Part shown: piece after piece, positions 10,858 to 20,557 of the stretch
How positions within the stretch are numbered: position 1 is the stretch's first letter
Layout of the letters: every line of letters begins with the position of its first letter
Assembly (NCBI GenBank): GCA_944384515.1
Contig: CALWTU010000032.1
Coordinates: 1-53,361 of the forward strand
Source: an uncultured Clostridia bacterium
GTDB taxonomy: Bacteria; Bacillota; Clostridia; Oscillospirales; CAG-272
Length of the DNA: 53,361 nt
Reading direction: 5' to 3'
Translations under genes and position numbers: made by a program
The notes under the pieces: generated by a model
What the model was told of the DNA's origin: nothing
The model's input: only the letters and a program-made list of their open reading frames with translations
Database searches by the model: none

Positions 10858-10903
10858 AAAAAGCGGATGAACTTTACCGTAAGGTATTGAGCATCCGCTT
10901 TTT
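10858..10903. terminator. Hairpin / probable bidirectional terminator carrying core TTTACCGTAAGGTATT (copy 2)
   Basis: AAAAAGCGGATG pairs with CATCCGCTTTTT; same 16-nt core (10873-10888) as 5978-5993. Confidence 0.7.
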
Positions 10904-10953
10904 ATCATACAGGCGAAATATAATTAATGCGAATATTTCTGCCATGACAAAAT

Positions 10954-10981
10954 TCTCTCCCTGCTGCGCAGCAGGGAGAGA
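10954..10981. repeat. Perfect 28-bp palindrome
   Basis: TCTCTCCCTGCTGC|GCAGCAGGGAGAGA. Confidence 0.85.
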
Positions 10982-11155
10982 TGAAATAATATCTTATCTT
11001 TTTTAAATATGTCTTTTCAACTGTCTTTTATCACGGGGAGCATTGGCATCCGTTTAAGACAACCCGTTTTCCGAACATCAAAATACTTTATTGTAAAACT
11101 GCAAGAAGATATTTGTGGCTGTGCGACGGTGATAAGGTTACACCCTCTTTACCGG

Positions 11156-12223
11156 TCACTCACCCCTGAGCCATCTCTCAAGATTTTCTTTTACAAATTC
11201 GTCATCATTGAGTTCGGGGTACATCTCGTATACACGGTTTATTTCCTCAAGCTGTCCGTCCGACATCTTCTCATCGGGATTTAAGCACCATGTTCCCTTG
11301 AACAGTCCCTGACGGCGCAGCACTTCATGAAGTCCCGCAATACAGCCCTTAAAGCCGTTTGCGGTATCGAAAAATGCGGCGTTGGTATCCGTCACCTTGT
11401 TTGCAAGCGCAAAAACCTCGCTTGGCACGGTTTCTTTTTCCCTTATGCTCTTAAGGTAATCAAAGAGTTCTACCGCGCGTTTTGTCCAGACCGACCAATG
11501 TCCGAGCAGTCCGCCGACAAATCTCTTTTCATATGTTTTACCGTCAACGGTAAACTTATAGTTTGAAACAAGGTCGATAACAATGTTATCGTCGTTTCCG
11601 GTATAAAGCGCAATCTCATCGCTGCGCTTTGAGAGAGCCGCCGCACGGACAACATCAAATGAGTAATATCTGTTAAACGGTGCCGCTTTTATCGCAACGA
11701 CGCCGTCTATTGCGCAAAGGCGCTCCCAATAATTATAACTGAATTTTCTGCCTCCGACAGAGGTCTGAAGATAAAATCCGATAACGGGAAGCACCTTGGC
11801 TACCTCCTCGGTTCTGTAAATGAGGTCGTCCTCGGAAAGATCGGCAAGTCCGCCGGGACTGAGAAGAACCGCATCATATCCGAGTTCTTTTGCAAGCTTT
11901 GCCTCTCTGACAGCCTGCTCTACCTTTCCGCAAGCTCCGGCAACCATAACTATTGTTTTTCCGGTCTTTGCCTCGTACTTTGCCGCCTCATCCTTTGCAA
12001 CCTTGAGCACCCTCTCAAAAAGGTTGTATTTGGGGTCTCTTATCTCAAACTGTGTTGTATGTACCGCAACAGCAAGTCCTCCGACTCCGCTGTCAAGGTA
12101 ATATCTGCAAATTACCCTCTGTCTTTCTTCGTCAAACTGCCTGTTTTCATCAAGTGCAAGCGGGTTTGCGGGAATAACCGTTCCCTCGTGCAATTTTTTA
12201 AGCGCAATTTCATGTCTTGTCAT
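11156..12223 (-). CDS. Dihydrodipicolinate synthase-like class I aldolase/lyase
   Basis: TIM-barrel DHDPS-like motifs (AVAVHTTQF, FYLQ, Schiff-base-like Lys in AIKAAPF, YTGNDD); ATG at 12223 follows the RBS (ORF track start 12229). Confidence 0.8.
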   Translation of the reverse strand: MTRHEIALKKLHEGTVIPANPLALDENRQFDEERQRVICRYYLDSGVGGLAVAVHTTQFEIRDPKYNLFERVLKVAKDEAAKYEAKTGKTIVMVAGACGKVEQAVREAKLAKELGYDAVLLSPGGLADLSEDDLIYRTEEVAKVLPVIGFYLQTSVGGRKFSYNYWERLCAIDGVVAIKAAPFNRYYSFDVVRAAALSKRSDEIALYTGNDDNIVIDLVSNYKFTVDGKTYEKRFVGGLLGHWSVWTKRAVELFDYLKSIREKETVPSEVFALANKVTDTNAAFFDTANGFKGCIAGLHEVLRRQGLFKGTWCLNPDEKMSDGQLEEINRVYEMYPELNDDEFVKENLERWLRGE

Positions 12224-12225
12224 AA

Positions 12226-13242
12226 TCAATAACTTCCCTTTCTCTCTTCAAAATGAGTCGGTTTATCTATTACTCTTCCGCCGTCAAGAATATATTCTGC
12301 CTGCCATCTGATAAGCGTCTCGCATGATACTTCGGGATATCCGAATGTCTCCATTGCCAATGAAGCGTTATTAAGATAAGCATTGTTCTGCTCTTCTCCC
12401 GTAAATACAGGCTCTTTGTTTAAAAGTTTGCCGAGCTTCTTTGAGGCATATTTGATTGATACGGTTTCAGGTCCCGTTACATTCATTTTTACGGCAGGTG
12501 AGCCGCAGTGAAGCAGTGCCCTGATTGCTATCTCGTTAGCGGAGCCCTGCCAGATGAAGTTAAAGCACGGTGTTGTAAGAGAAATCGGCGTTCCGTCCAT
12601 AATCTTCTTTGCGCAGTCATAGAGCACGCCGTATCTCAAATCAACCGCAAAATTAAGTCTGTAAATGAAAACCTTTGTTCCGTACTGTTTTGCCGCATAC
12701 TCAAACGCACGCTCACGAGCAAGACAGCTCATGGCATACTCGCCCACAGGTCCCACTTTATCTTCCTCGGTGCATCCGCCGCTTGAAAGAGGCACTATCG
12801 GATATATGTTACCGGATGAGAATACCACGATATTCGATTTTCTGAATTTATATGCCACAAATGCCGGAAGTGTTGAGTTCATTGCCCATGTAAGATATTC
12901 CTGCCCGTCTGTTCCGAATTTTCTGCCCGCCATATATATTATGTTTTCAACCTCGGGAAGTTTGTTCAGTGCCTCAACGTCAAGCAGGTCACAACTGATT
13001 GTAACAATACCGTTTGAGTGAAGATAATCAAGCGCAATAGGATCGCTGAATCTTGAAACGGCAATAACCTTTTTGCTGACTCCCGCTTTCTCAATAGCCC
13101 TCTTGGCGAGTATACAAAGCGTCGGTCCCATCTTTCCGCCCGCGCCGAGCACCATTATATCGCCTTTGAGCTTTGCGATATCATCGACAAGTTTGTCCGA
13201 GGGGGTTGTCAGCATCTCGTTAAGTTTTTCTTCTGTCCACAT
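12226..13242 (-). CDS. NAD-dependent epimerase/dehydratase
   Basis: GAGGKMG Rossmann motif, FSSGNIY, GEYAMSC. Confidence 0.85.
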   Translation of the reverse strand: MWTEEKLNEMLTTPSDKLVDDIAKLKGDIMVLGAGGKMGPTLCILAKRAIEKAGVSKKVIAVSRFSDPIALDYLHSNGIVTISCDLLDVEALNKLPEVENIIYMAGRKFGTDGQEYLTWAMNSTLPAFVAYKFRKSNIVVFSSGNIYPIVPLSSGGCTEEDKVGPVGEYAMSCLARERAFEYAAKQYGTKVFIYRLNFAVDLRYGVLYDCAKKIMDGTPISLTTPCFNFIWQGSANEIAIRALLHCGSPAVKMNVTGPETVSIKYASKKLGKLLNKEPVFTGEEQNNAYLNNASLAMETFGYPEVSCETLIRWQAEYILDGGRVIDKPTHFEERKGSY

Positions 13243-13270
13243 AAAACCGCTCCTTTTTTTCTTGTTAATT

Positions 13271-14554
13271 TTATTTATTTAAATATTCTTCTTTTGTCAT
13301 CTTAGGTTTAAAGTTTTCTTTTATCTCAAGTCCGACTTTTGCACCGTCGGAAAGCAGGTCAACAACCGTCATAGCCATCGCCTTTGCCGGCTCAAGATAA
13401 GCCGCATCAAAATCGGATACTGCAAACTCCGAACTGTGTGCAGAACCGACAAATCCGCCCATTGTAGGCTGTATTGTAGGAATAAGATGACTGAGGTCCC
13501 CGACATCCGAGGAGCCAACCATATCTATTCCGTAATAGATGTTTTCTTCACTTATGAATTTCCTGCAATTGTTTGCAAAAAGCTCACTGAGCTTCTTATC
13601 CTGAAAAAGCGGAAGATATCCTTTAAAATTCTTTATTTGGGCAGTTGCGCCGATAGCATACGCCGCACCGTTTATCGCCCGGTCAACTTTAGCGTCGGCA
13701 TCCGCAATTCCCTCGTAATTTGCACCTCTGACATATGTTTCCATGGTGACGTTTGCTGGGACGATATTCACAAGTTCGCCGCCGTTTGTAATAATGGGAT
13801 GCACCCTGATTTTATCCTCATCCTTAAATGTCTCTCGCTGTGCGTGAATACACATCATGGCCGCCATCGCCGCATTGAGAGCGTTGATACCCTCATATGG
13901 TGCGCCGCCCGCATGCGCCGCCTTGCCTTTGAAGGTCACGGTCTTGGCGACAAATCCCAGACTCGAACCGTCTATAAAAGCCGCCGATTTCGGCGTCGAG
14001 CCCTGTGCATGAACCATCATTGCCATGTCAATATCGTCAAACTCTCCGAGCCTGATAAGTTCCTGCTTTCCTCCGAGAAACTTTATCTTTCCCTCTTGTA
14101 TAAGGCTCTCTCTGTAACCCATCTCAACAAATTCCTCTGCGGGGACCGCAAAAAAGTATATGTCTCCGCATAACTCTTCCCTCACCGCATTAAGTCCTAT
14201 CGCCGCGCCGAGCATCGCCGCAATCTGCGCATTGTGTCCGCATGCGTGTGAGGCAGATGTATTCTTATCCGCTTTAGGGTGGCTCTGGCACGCCACACCG
14301 TCCATCTCACCCATAACGCATACACTGCACTTGCTTGCCGATGTCCGCATTTTTGCCTTTACGCCGGTTATTGCCAGCCCTCGCCTGTATTCAAGTCCGA
14401 GCTTGTCAAACTCCCCCGCAATATACTCTGATGTTTTTATCTCCTTGTATCCGAGCTCAGGACTATTTAATATGTCCTCGCCGATCTTTATTATTCTGTC
14501 ACGGTTTTTATCTATTTCGGATATAACCTTTTGTTTCAGTTCTTCTTTTTTCAT
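13271..14554 (-). CDS. M20 family amidohydrolase
   Basis: PELGYKE, HACGH, PAEE, GKAAHA, GSSDVG, H..EF motifs. Confidence 0.88.
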   Translation of the reverse strand: MKKEELKQKVISEIDKNRDRIIKIGEDILNSPELGYKEIKTSEYIAGEFDKLGLEYRRGLAITGVKAKMRTSASKCSVCVMGEMDGVACQSHPKADKNTSASHACGHNAQIAAMLGAAIGLNAVREELCGDIYFFAVPAEEFVEMGYRESLIQEGKIKFLGGKQELIRLGEFDDIDMAMMVHAQGSTPKSAAFIDGSSLGFVAKTVTFKGKAAHAGGAPYEGINALNAAMAAMMCIHAQRETFKDEDKIRVHPIITNGGELVNIVPANVTMETYVRGANYEGIADADAKVDRAINGAAYAIGATAQIKNFKGYLPLFQDKKLSELFANNCRKFISEENIYYGIDMVGSSDVGDLSHLIPTIQPTMGGFVGSAHSSEFAVSDFDAAYLEPAKAMAMTVVDLLSDGAKVGLEIKENFKPKMTKEEYLNK

Positions 14555-14577
14555 GCCAAAATCCTCTCAAAATAAGA

Positions 14578-15198
14578 TTATTTTGTAAGATAGTTTATCA
14601 ATATATCACAGACAAACTCCGCGCGCTTTGAAACCTCTTCGGGTGCGCCCAGATCCTTCTCCAAAATGAGCGAGAGCGTATGGATATTCGTAAAATACGC
14701 AAAACCGAAATTCATAAGAGAGACCACTATCTGTCCGTTATCCACATCCGCTTTGAAGATGCCCTGCTCTTTGCCTCGGTTTACCTGATATTTTATGTAC
14801 TCGAAAGCCGGCGCTTTAATACTTTTTAATTGCTGTACTGGAATAGAGTCGGCATTGTTCAGATTTTCCCACATAAGAATTCTGACAAAGTCAGGGTTGT
14901 CATAAAGAAACTTGAAGTATATGCGCACAACATTCCTGATTGCGTCCTGCGGCCGAAGATCTTCACTGAAGAACTCCCTCTCAGACTCTGCGCACTTCTC
15001 ATATACTGAGGTAAGCACCTCTTTATATAAATTTTCCTTGTTCTCAAAATGCTCGTATATCATCCGCTTGTTTACTCCCGCATTAGCGGCGATACTGTCT
15101 ATTCTCGCTCCGAAAAATCCCTTTTCGGAAAACTCTTCAAGAGCCGATGTCAATATTTTGTTTATTGTAATTTGCGATTTCGGTTTTCTGACTTTCAT
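14578..15198 (-). CDS. TetR/AcrR family transcriptional regulator
   Basis: N-terminal HTH (GFFGARIDSIAANAGVNKRMIYEHF..KE.LY); ATG 15198 preceded by AACGGAG (ORF track start 15213). Confidence 0.9.
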   Translation of the reverse strand: MKVRKPKSQITINKILTSALEEFSEKGFFGARIDSIAANAGVNKRMIYEHFENKENLYKEVLTSVYEKCAESEREFFSEDLRPQDAIRNVVRIYFKFLYDNPDFVRILMWENLNNADSIPVQQLKSIKAPAFEYIKYQVNRGKEQGIFKADVDNGQIVVSLMNFGFAYFTNIHTLSLILEKDLGAPEEVSKRAEFVCDILINYLTK

Positions 15199-15216
15199 TT
15201 TTACTCCGTTCAAAAG

Positions 15217-15258
15217 TAACTACATAGTTATTTTAGCATACAGAAAAATATTTGTCAA
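15217..15258 (-). promoter_or_regulatory. sigmaA promoter with overlapping palindromic operator for the TetR operon
   Basis: Minus strand TTGACA (15258-15253)-17 bp-TAAAAT (15235-15230) with extended TG; inverted repeat TAACTA-ca-TAGTTA at 15217-15230. Confidence 0.7.
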
Positions 15259-15411
15259 TAGCAAAGCCGATTATTGATAAATATTTTGCTTCTGTAAATT
15301 TAATCGCATTAATATTGTATTTTTCTGATTTTTATGATATACTAATTAGACGTTCAGTTGTATGCTGACTTATAACAATTATTGATTTTAACTGAAATAA
15401 GGTGAACTTTT

Positions 15412-15978
15412 TTGAAAATAAAAAATTTCTTTTTGCATATTTGGCTTATAACCAAACACCGCCACACAGTGTTCATACACTGCTGTAAGTGCGGTATACC
15501 AATCAGGGGGCTCGTGCATGACCTGTCAAAATTCTCCCCGGAGGAACTCTTTGAGAGCGTAAGGTACTATACCGGAGTGCGCTCGCCTATCGGCGTTTGC
15601 CGACGGGAGACGGGAATGAGCCGTGCCTGGCTACACCACAAAGGCAGAAACAAACACCACATCGAATACTGGCTCGATCCGGACTGCAAGGTCACGCCGA
15701 TGATGCCCTACAAATATGCAGTCGAGTGCGTATGCGACAAGCTTGCCGCAACGAAAACCTATAACGGAAAAAGTTATCAACCCCAAATGGCTCTGCAACA
15801 CTGGGAAAAATACGGCAAGTATGTCAACGGCAACCCCAAGACCATGCTATTTATCGAAACGGTATTCAAAGACCTCACAACAAAGAAAGAAAAAGATGTG
15901 CTGAACAAAAAATACATGAAAGAAACTTACAGGCGTATCTGTCTTGACGACAACGATATTAATACGGATGAACACTGA
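15412..15978 (+). CDS. DUF5662-like HD-fold protein
   Basis: HDLSK, AWLHHKGRNKHH.EYW, MP..Y..E..CD motifs; TTG start with AAGGTG RBS. Confidence 0.75.
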   Translation: MKIKNFFLHIWLITKHRHTVFIHCCKCGIPIRGLVHDLSKFSPEELFESVRYYTGVRSPIGVCRRETGMSRAWLHHKGRNKHHIEYWLDPDCKVTPMMPYKYAVECVCDKLAATKTYNGKSYQPQMALQHWEKYGKYVNGNPKTMLFIETVFKDLTTKKEKDVLNKKYMKETYRRICLDDNDINTDEH

Positions 15979-16022
15979 AAATACCGCGGTTTAACTCAAT
16001 TTTCGAGAAAACCGCGGTATTT
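15979..16022. terminator. Bidirectional terminator
   Basis: AAATACCGCGGTTT...AAACCGCGGTATTT between convergent genes. Confidence 0.75.
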
Positions 16023-16037
16023 AATTTTCAGGAAGAA

Positions 16038-17309
16038 TCAGAATTTGTAAATTTCCCCATCCTTTTTTAAAGATGTAGAGTAAAACTCACGCAGTGCGTC
16101 AATAAGGCTCTGAAGATCTACGGCGCCCGCAGTTTCAGTCGCAGAGTGCATTGCAAGCTGAGCAAGACCGATATCTACCGTCGGAACGGAGACATTTGTA
16201 TTTGAGATAGAGCCGAGAGTAGAGCCGCCCGGAATGTCCGCCCTGTTATAGTAGGTCTGAGTTTTAACATTTGCCCTTTTGCATATTGTCCTGAATATTG
16301 CGTCCGAGACGCCGTCGGTTGCATATTTCTGGTTTGCATTAAACTTTACCACAACGCCGCCATTCAGAACCGGGGCATTTGCACGGTCGCTGAGCTCGGG
16401 GTGGTTTGGATGGTTGGCATGAGCGTTATCGGCGCTGACCATAAAGGATGAGGCGATCATACGGCGGTAGCGCACGCCTGCTATGCGTGAGAGAACATCA
16501 TAAAGGAATGTCGAATCAGCCCCCTGCTTTGTGGCAGAGCCGACCTCCTCATTGTCAAAAACCGCAAGCACAGGCACCGAGCCGCTCTCACGGCATGACA
16601 AAAACGCCTCTGTCGACGCAAAAACGCACTCAAGGTCGTCAAGCCTTGGGCAGAGTATGAACTCACCGTCCCCGCCGAAAGTCCTGCCCTCTTCTCTGTT
16701 GTAGAGAAATATATCATGACTGATGATACTGTCCTTATCAACCGAAGCCGCACTTGCTATAAGATCGATTATACTGCCGTTTTTGCCGCTGAAAAGAGGG
16801 AGCATATCAGTTTTGGGATTGAGAGACAGAGAGTTGTTGGCATCTCTGTTCATATGGATTGCGACGCTCGGTATTACCGCAATATCCTTTTTTAAGTCAA
16901 AGGTCTTGGTATACACACCACATCCGCCGTTCTCCTCAACTACAACACGCCCCGCAAGTGACAGAGGTCTGTCAAGCCATGAGTAATACAGCATGCCGCC
17001 GTATTTTTCTGTATCGAGCCTCACATATTCGGATTTTAAATCCAAAGACAGCTTCAGCCTGAAAGAAGGAGAATCGCTGTGAGAGGCGCATATCATAAAT
17101 CCGTCTGCTGACGGGCGCATTACAAACGCAATAAGAGATGTTCCGTTGCGTTTTACATAATAGCCACGCCCCTCTTCAAGTTCCCATTCATCCGCCTCAG
17201 AAAGCTCCTTAAAGCCTCTTTCGGAAAGTTTATTCACTACCGTATCAACAGCCTGATACGCAGTGGGCGAAGATTTTATAAATTCAAACAGTTTTTCAGT
17301 ACTTGTCAT
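16038..17309 (-). CDS. M18 family (aspartyl) aminopeptidase
   Basis: HSDSP, YGG, WLDRPLSLAGRV, RLDDL, DNEEVGS, SADNAHA.HPN, AMHS; ATG 17309 with GGAG RBS (ORF track start 17381). Confidence 0.9.
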   Translation of the reverse strand: MTSTEKLFEFIKSSPTAYQAVDTVVNKLSERGFKELSEADEWELEEGRGYYVKRNGTSLIAFVMRPSADGFMICASHSDSPSFRLKLSLDLKSEYVRLDTEKYGGMLYYSWLDRPLSLAGRVVVEENGGCGVYTKTFDLKKDIAVIPSVAIHMNRDANNSLSLNPKTDMLPLFSGKNGSIIDLIASAASVDKDSIISHDIFLYNREEGRTFGGDGEFILCPRLDDLECVFASTEAFLSCRESGSVPVLAVFDNEEVGSATKQGADSTFLYDVLSRIAGVRYRRMIASSFMVSADNAHANHPNHPELSDRANAPVLNGGVVVKFNANQKYATDGVSDAIFRTICKRANVKTQTYYNRADIPGGSTLGSISNTNVSVPTVDIGLAQLAMHSATETAGAVDLQSLIDALREFYSTSLKKDGEIYKF

Positions 17310-17450
17310 TTTTAACTCCATTAAAACAGTATTGATAGCATTCACATAAAATATTTTACAACTTTTAATCAAAAAAGTCAACTTTACTGTTGAATTTTAA
17401 AGCCAAATGTTATAATATATATATTGAAATAAAGATAAGAGGACTGAAAT

Positions 17451-18881
17451 ATGTTGGATATCAAAGATTTTAACGCAGACGAAAAGGTATATCGCTTCTT
17501 TGAGCTGATATCCTCGGTTGCGCGCGGTTCCGGAAACACCGCAAATATTGCAGGGCTGCTTGTAAGCTTTGCAAAAGAAAGAGGACTTTACTCTTACAGA
17601 GATGCAAGCGATAATGTTATAATAAAAAAACCTGCCACGGCAGGATATGAGTCGCACCCCGCACTAATTCTGCAAAGCCACACGGATATGGTGCTTGACA
17701 AAACCGCTGACTGCACAAAGGACCTTGAAAAAGAGGGAGTGGAAATCTACCGTGACGGCGATTTTCTCCGTGCAAGAGGCACAACCCTCGGAGCAGACGA
17801 CGGAATAGGCGTTGCGCTGACGCTTGCCGTTCTGGATTCAAAGGATCTCCCGCATCCTGCAATCGAAGCGGTATTTACATCAAATGAGGAGACGGGACTT
17901 ATCGGTGCGACAAACCTTGACGCATCAAATCTCACGGCAAAGCTGATGATAAACCTCGACTCAGATGAAGAGGGTGTATTTACGGTGGGATGCGCAGGAG
18001 GCGGAAGAATTGACATACGGTTTGATTTTGATAAGACCGAGGAGACCGATTTCTTCTACAAACTTACGGTAAGCGGACTCAAAGGCGGTCACAGCGGCGC
18101 CGAGATCCACAAAAACCGTGCAAACGCAATTAAAGTTTTAGCAGAGGCGCTCGCAACACTTCCCAATGTTAAAATAGCCGAGATAAACGGCGGAAACGCT
18201 GATAACGCCATACCGAGAAGCGCAGAGTGCTGTTTTGCAAGCGATACTATCTACAAAAATTATCCCGGTAAGGAAGGACTGTTTTCCTTCATTACAGAGA
18301 AATACTCTAAAATCGAGCCGGATATTTGTGTAAAAATCGAGAAAGTTATAAAAGAGGCGCGCGTATTTTCCGTTTCCGACAGTGCCGAGATCATACGCTA
18401 TCTGACAGAGACCCCATATGGCGTGCTTGAAATGAGCGGAGAGGTAGACGGACTCGTTGAAACAAGCGCAAACCCCGGTATTATCATGTCCGACGGTAAC
18501 GGCGTCACCGTCACAACATCGGTACGCTCCGCAAAAAACGCAAAAAAAGAAGAGTTGTGCGGCAAAATAAACGAGCTTAGCCGACTGCGCGGCGCAAAAT
18601 ACTCCCTGAGATCTCCCTACCCTGCCTGGGAGTACAAAAAGGACTCCGTTTTGCGTGAGAAAATGAGAAATGTCTATTTTGACATGTACAAAAAAGAACC
18701 ACAGATACTGATTATTCATGCAGGTCTTGAATGCGGAATTTTCTCAAACAAAATAGACGGACTTGACTGTGTATCCATGGGACCTGACAATTTTGATATA
18801 CACACAACCGAGGAGCGCCTGTCAATATCATCCGTTAACCGTGTTTGGGAATATCTGAAAAAAGTACTGAAAGAAATATAA
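17451..18881 (+). CDS. pepD: Aminoacyl-histidine dipeptidase (PepD, M20)
   Basis: QSHTDMV, TTLGADDGIG, EETGL, NLDSDEE, GGHSG, HAGLECG, HTTEE. Confidence 0.9.
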   Translation: MLDIKDFNADEKVYRFFELISSVARGSGNTANIAGLLVSFAKERGLYSYRDASDNVIIKKPATAGYESHPALILQSHTDMVLDKTADCTKDLEKEGVEIYRDGDFLRARGTTLGADDGIGVALTLAVLDSKDLPHPAIEAVFTSNEETGLIGATNLDASNLTAKLMINLDSDEEGVFTVGCAGGGRIDIRFDFDKTEETDFFYKLTVSGLKGGHSGAEIHKNRANAIKVLAEALATLPNVKIAEINGGNADNAIPRSAECCFASDTIYKNYPGKEGLFSFITEKYSKIEPDICVKIEKVIKEARVFSVSDSAEIIRYLTETPYGVLEMSGEVDGLVETSANPGIIMSDGNGVTVTTSVRSAKNAKKEELCGKINELSRLRGAKYSLRSPYPAWEYKKDSVLREKMRNVYFDMYKKEPQILIIHAGLECGIFSNKIDGLDCVSMGPDNFDIHTTEERLSISSVNRVWEYLKKVLKEI

Positions 18882-18893
18882 GAGGATTTGAAA

Positions 18894-20120
18894 ATGAACA
18901 AAAACAGACTTAAAAATTATGCAAAGCTTATTGCAAAATCAGGTGTAAACGTACAGAAAGGACAGGATGTAATTATAAGCTGCGAGCTTGACCAGCCCGA
19001 ATTTATAAAGATGCTTGTCGACGAGTGCTACAAGGCAGGTGCGCGTCTTGTGCGTGTTGAGTGGTCATATCAGGATCTTGCAAAGCTGCACTATAAACAC
19101 GCAAAGGAGAGCGTGCTTGAAAAATTTGAAAAATGGGAGATAGAGAAACTGAACCATCAGGTTGAAACTCTGCCGTGCAGAATATATATCCTCTCAGAGG
19201 ATCCCGACGGGCTTTCCGGTATAAACCTCAAAAAGTTTGCCAAGGTAAACTCTGCCCGTGCCAAGACAATAAAACCGATAAGACAGAAAATGGAGAACAA
19301 ATATCAGTGGTGTATCGCCGCTGTGCCCAGCGTGAAGTGGGCTAAGAAGCTCTTCCCCGACAAGAGGGCAAGCGTTGCGGTCGAGATGCTGTGGGAGGCA
19401 ATCCTCAAGGCATCCCGTGTAGACGAGGATCCTATCAAGGCGTGGGAAAACCACAACAATAATCTCAGCCACAGATGCGACTACCTCAACTCGCTGAAGA
19501 TAAAGGAGCTCTGCTACTCCGCATCAAACGGAACCAATCTGAGAGTAGGTCTTATCCCCGAGGCGCAGTTCTGCGCAGGAGGAGAAAGGACGCAGTCCAC
19601 AGGCTACTATTTCAACCCCAACATTCCGACGGAGGAAACATTCACATCCCCCAAAAAGGGAGATGCAGACGGCATTGTATATTCCTCCATGCCTCTTTCC
19701 TATCAGGGACAGCTTATAGAAAACTTCTACTTTGAGTTTGAGGGAGGAAAGATCGTAAAAGCAGGAGCGGAAAAGAACGAGGAGCTGCTCAAAGAGATGA
19801 TAAGCATAGACGAGGGTGCAAAATACCTCGGTGAATGCGCTCTTGTACCCTACTCATCTCCTATCAGGGAGAGCGGAATTCTCTTCTACAACACTCTCTT
19901 TGACGAGAACGCCGCATGCCACCTCGCTATCGGAAGAGGCTTTACAAATCTGATTTCAGACTACGAAAAATATACCGACGAGCAGCTGCACGAAATGGGT
20001 ATAAACGACTCTGCAACTCATGTAGATTTCATGATTGGAACAAAAGACCTTTCAATCAAGGCTAAATGCGAAGACGGCAGAATAGTGGATATTTTCAAAG
20101 ACGGAGAATGGGCGTTTTAA
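18894..20120 (+). CDS. M29 family aminopeptidase (AmpS/PepS-like)
   Basis: GVNVQKGQ, PNIPTEE.FT.P, LGECALV, TLFDENA.CHLA.G, S..HVDFMIG (ORF track start TTG 18888). Confidence 0.9.
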   Translation: MNKNRLKNYAKLIAKSGVNVQKGQDVIISCELDQPEFIKMLVDECYKAGARLVRVEWSYQDLAKLHYKHAKESVLEKFEKWEIEKLNHQVETLPCRIYILSEDPDGLSGINLKKFAKVNSARAKTIKPIRQKMENKYQWCIAAVPSVKWAKKLFPDKRASVAVEMLWEAILKASRVDEDPIKAWENHNNNLSHRCDYLNSLKIKELCYSASNGTNLRVGLIPEAQFCAGGERTQSTGYYFNPNIPTEETFTSPKKGDADGIVYSSMPLSYQGQLIENFYFEFEGGKIVKAGAEKNEELLKEMISIDEGAKYLGECALVPYSSPIRESGILFYNTLFDENAACHLAIGRGFTNLISDYEKYTDEQLHEMGINDSATHVDFMIGTKDLSIKAKCEDGRIVDIFKDGEWAF

Positions 20121-20251
20121 TGCCGTCTTTATTCCGCAACAGTTTAACTCAGATATATTTTAATGAAAAGTCAAAATAAAGATGACAGATACGGAAATTA
20201 TACGAAATAAAATAAAAATCTTATGTTTTTTCAAAAAAATCAAAAAAACAC

Positions 20252-20280
20252 TTGCATTTTTGCGTTATTTATGGTATAAT
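20252..20280 (+). promoter_or_regulatory. sigmaA promoter of rpmB
   Basis: TTGCAT-17 bp-TATAAT with extended TG. Confidence 0.7.
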
Positions 20281-20356
20281 ACTGTTCGTCAATTTGTGAT
20301 AACAAATAATATTAATATAAAATTCCGACTTTGTCGAGATTTTAGGAGGTGTCATA

Positions 20357-20542
20357 ATGGCTAAATGTAGCATTTGCGGTAAGGGCGTTACTTTCGGACA
20401 CAACGTTTCCCACTCCAACCGTAAGACAAACAGAACTTGGAAGCCCAACATTCGCAAGGTAAAAGCAGTTGTTAACGGTACAAACTGTTCCGTTTATGTT
20501 TGCTCCCGTTGCCTTCGTTCAGGAAAAGTTGAGCGCGCTTAA
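20357..20542 (+). CDS. rpmB: 50S ribosomal protein L28 (Cys/zinc-binding type)
   Basis: MAKCSICGK..FGHNVSHS..KTNRTWKPN, CSRCLRSG; RBS AGGAGG. Confidence 0.97.
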   Translation: MAKCSICGKGVTFGHNVSHSNRKTNRTWKPNIRKVKAVVNGTNCSVYVCSRCLRSGKVERA

Positions 20543-20557
20543 TCGTTCGTCTGGAAT

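Noticed and set aside
11009-11284. 91-aa plus-strand ORF in the rpiB-aldolase spacer
   Set aside because: No RBS, overlaps the aldolase 3' end and has no recognisable motif
13436-14588. Long antisense ORFs over the amidohydrolase (and similar ones over other genes)
   Set aside because: Fully overlap well-supported genes on the opposite strand and have no recognisable motifs
15412-15978. Catalase label sometimes attached to this family
   Set aside because: No catalase motifs; the His/Asp pattern fits an HD-like fold
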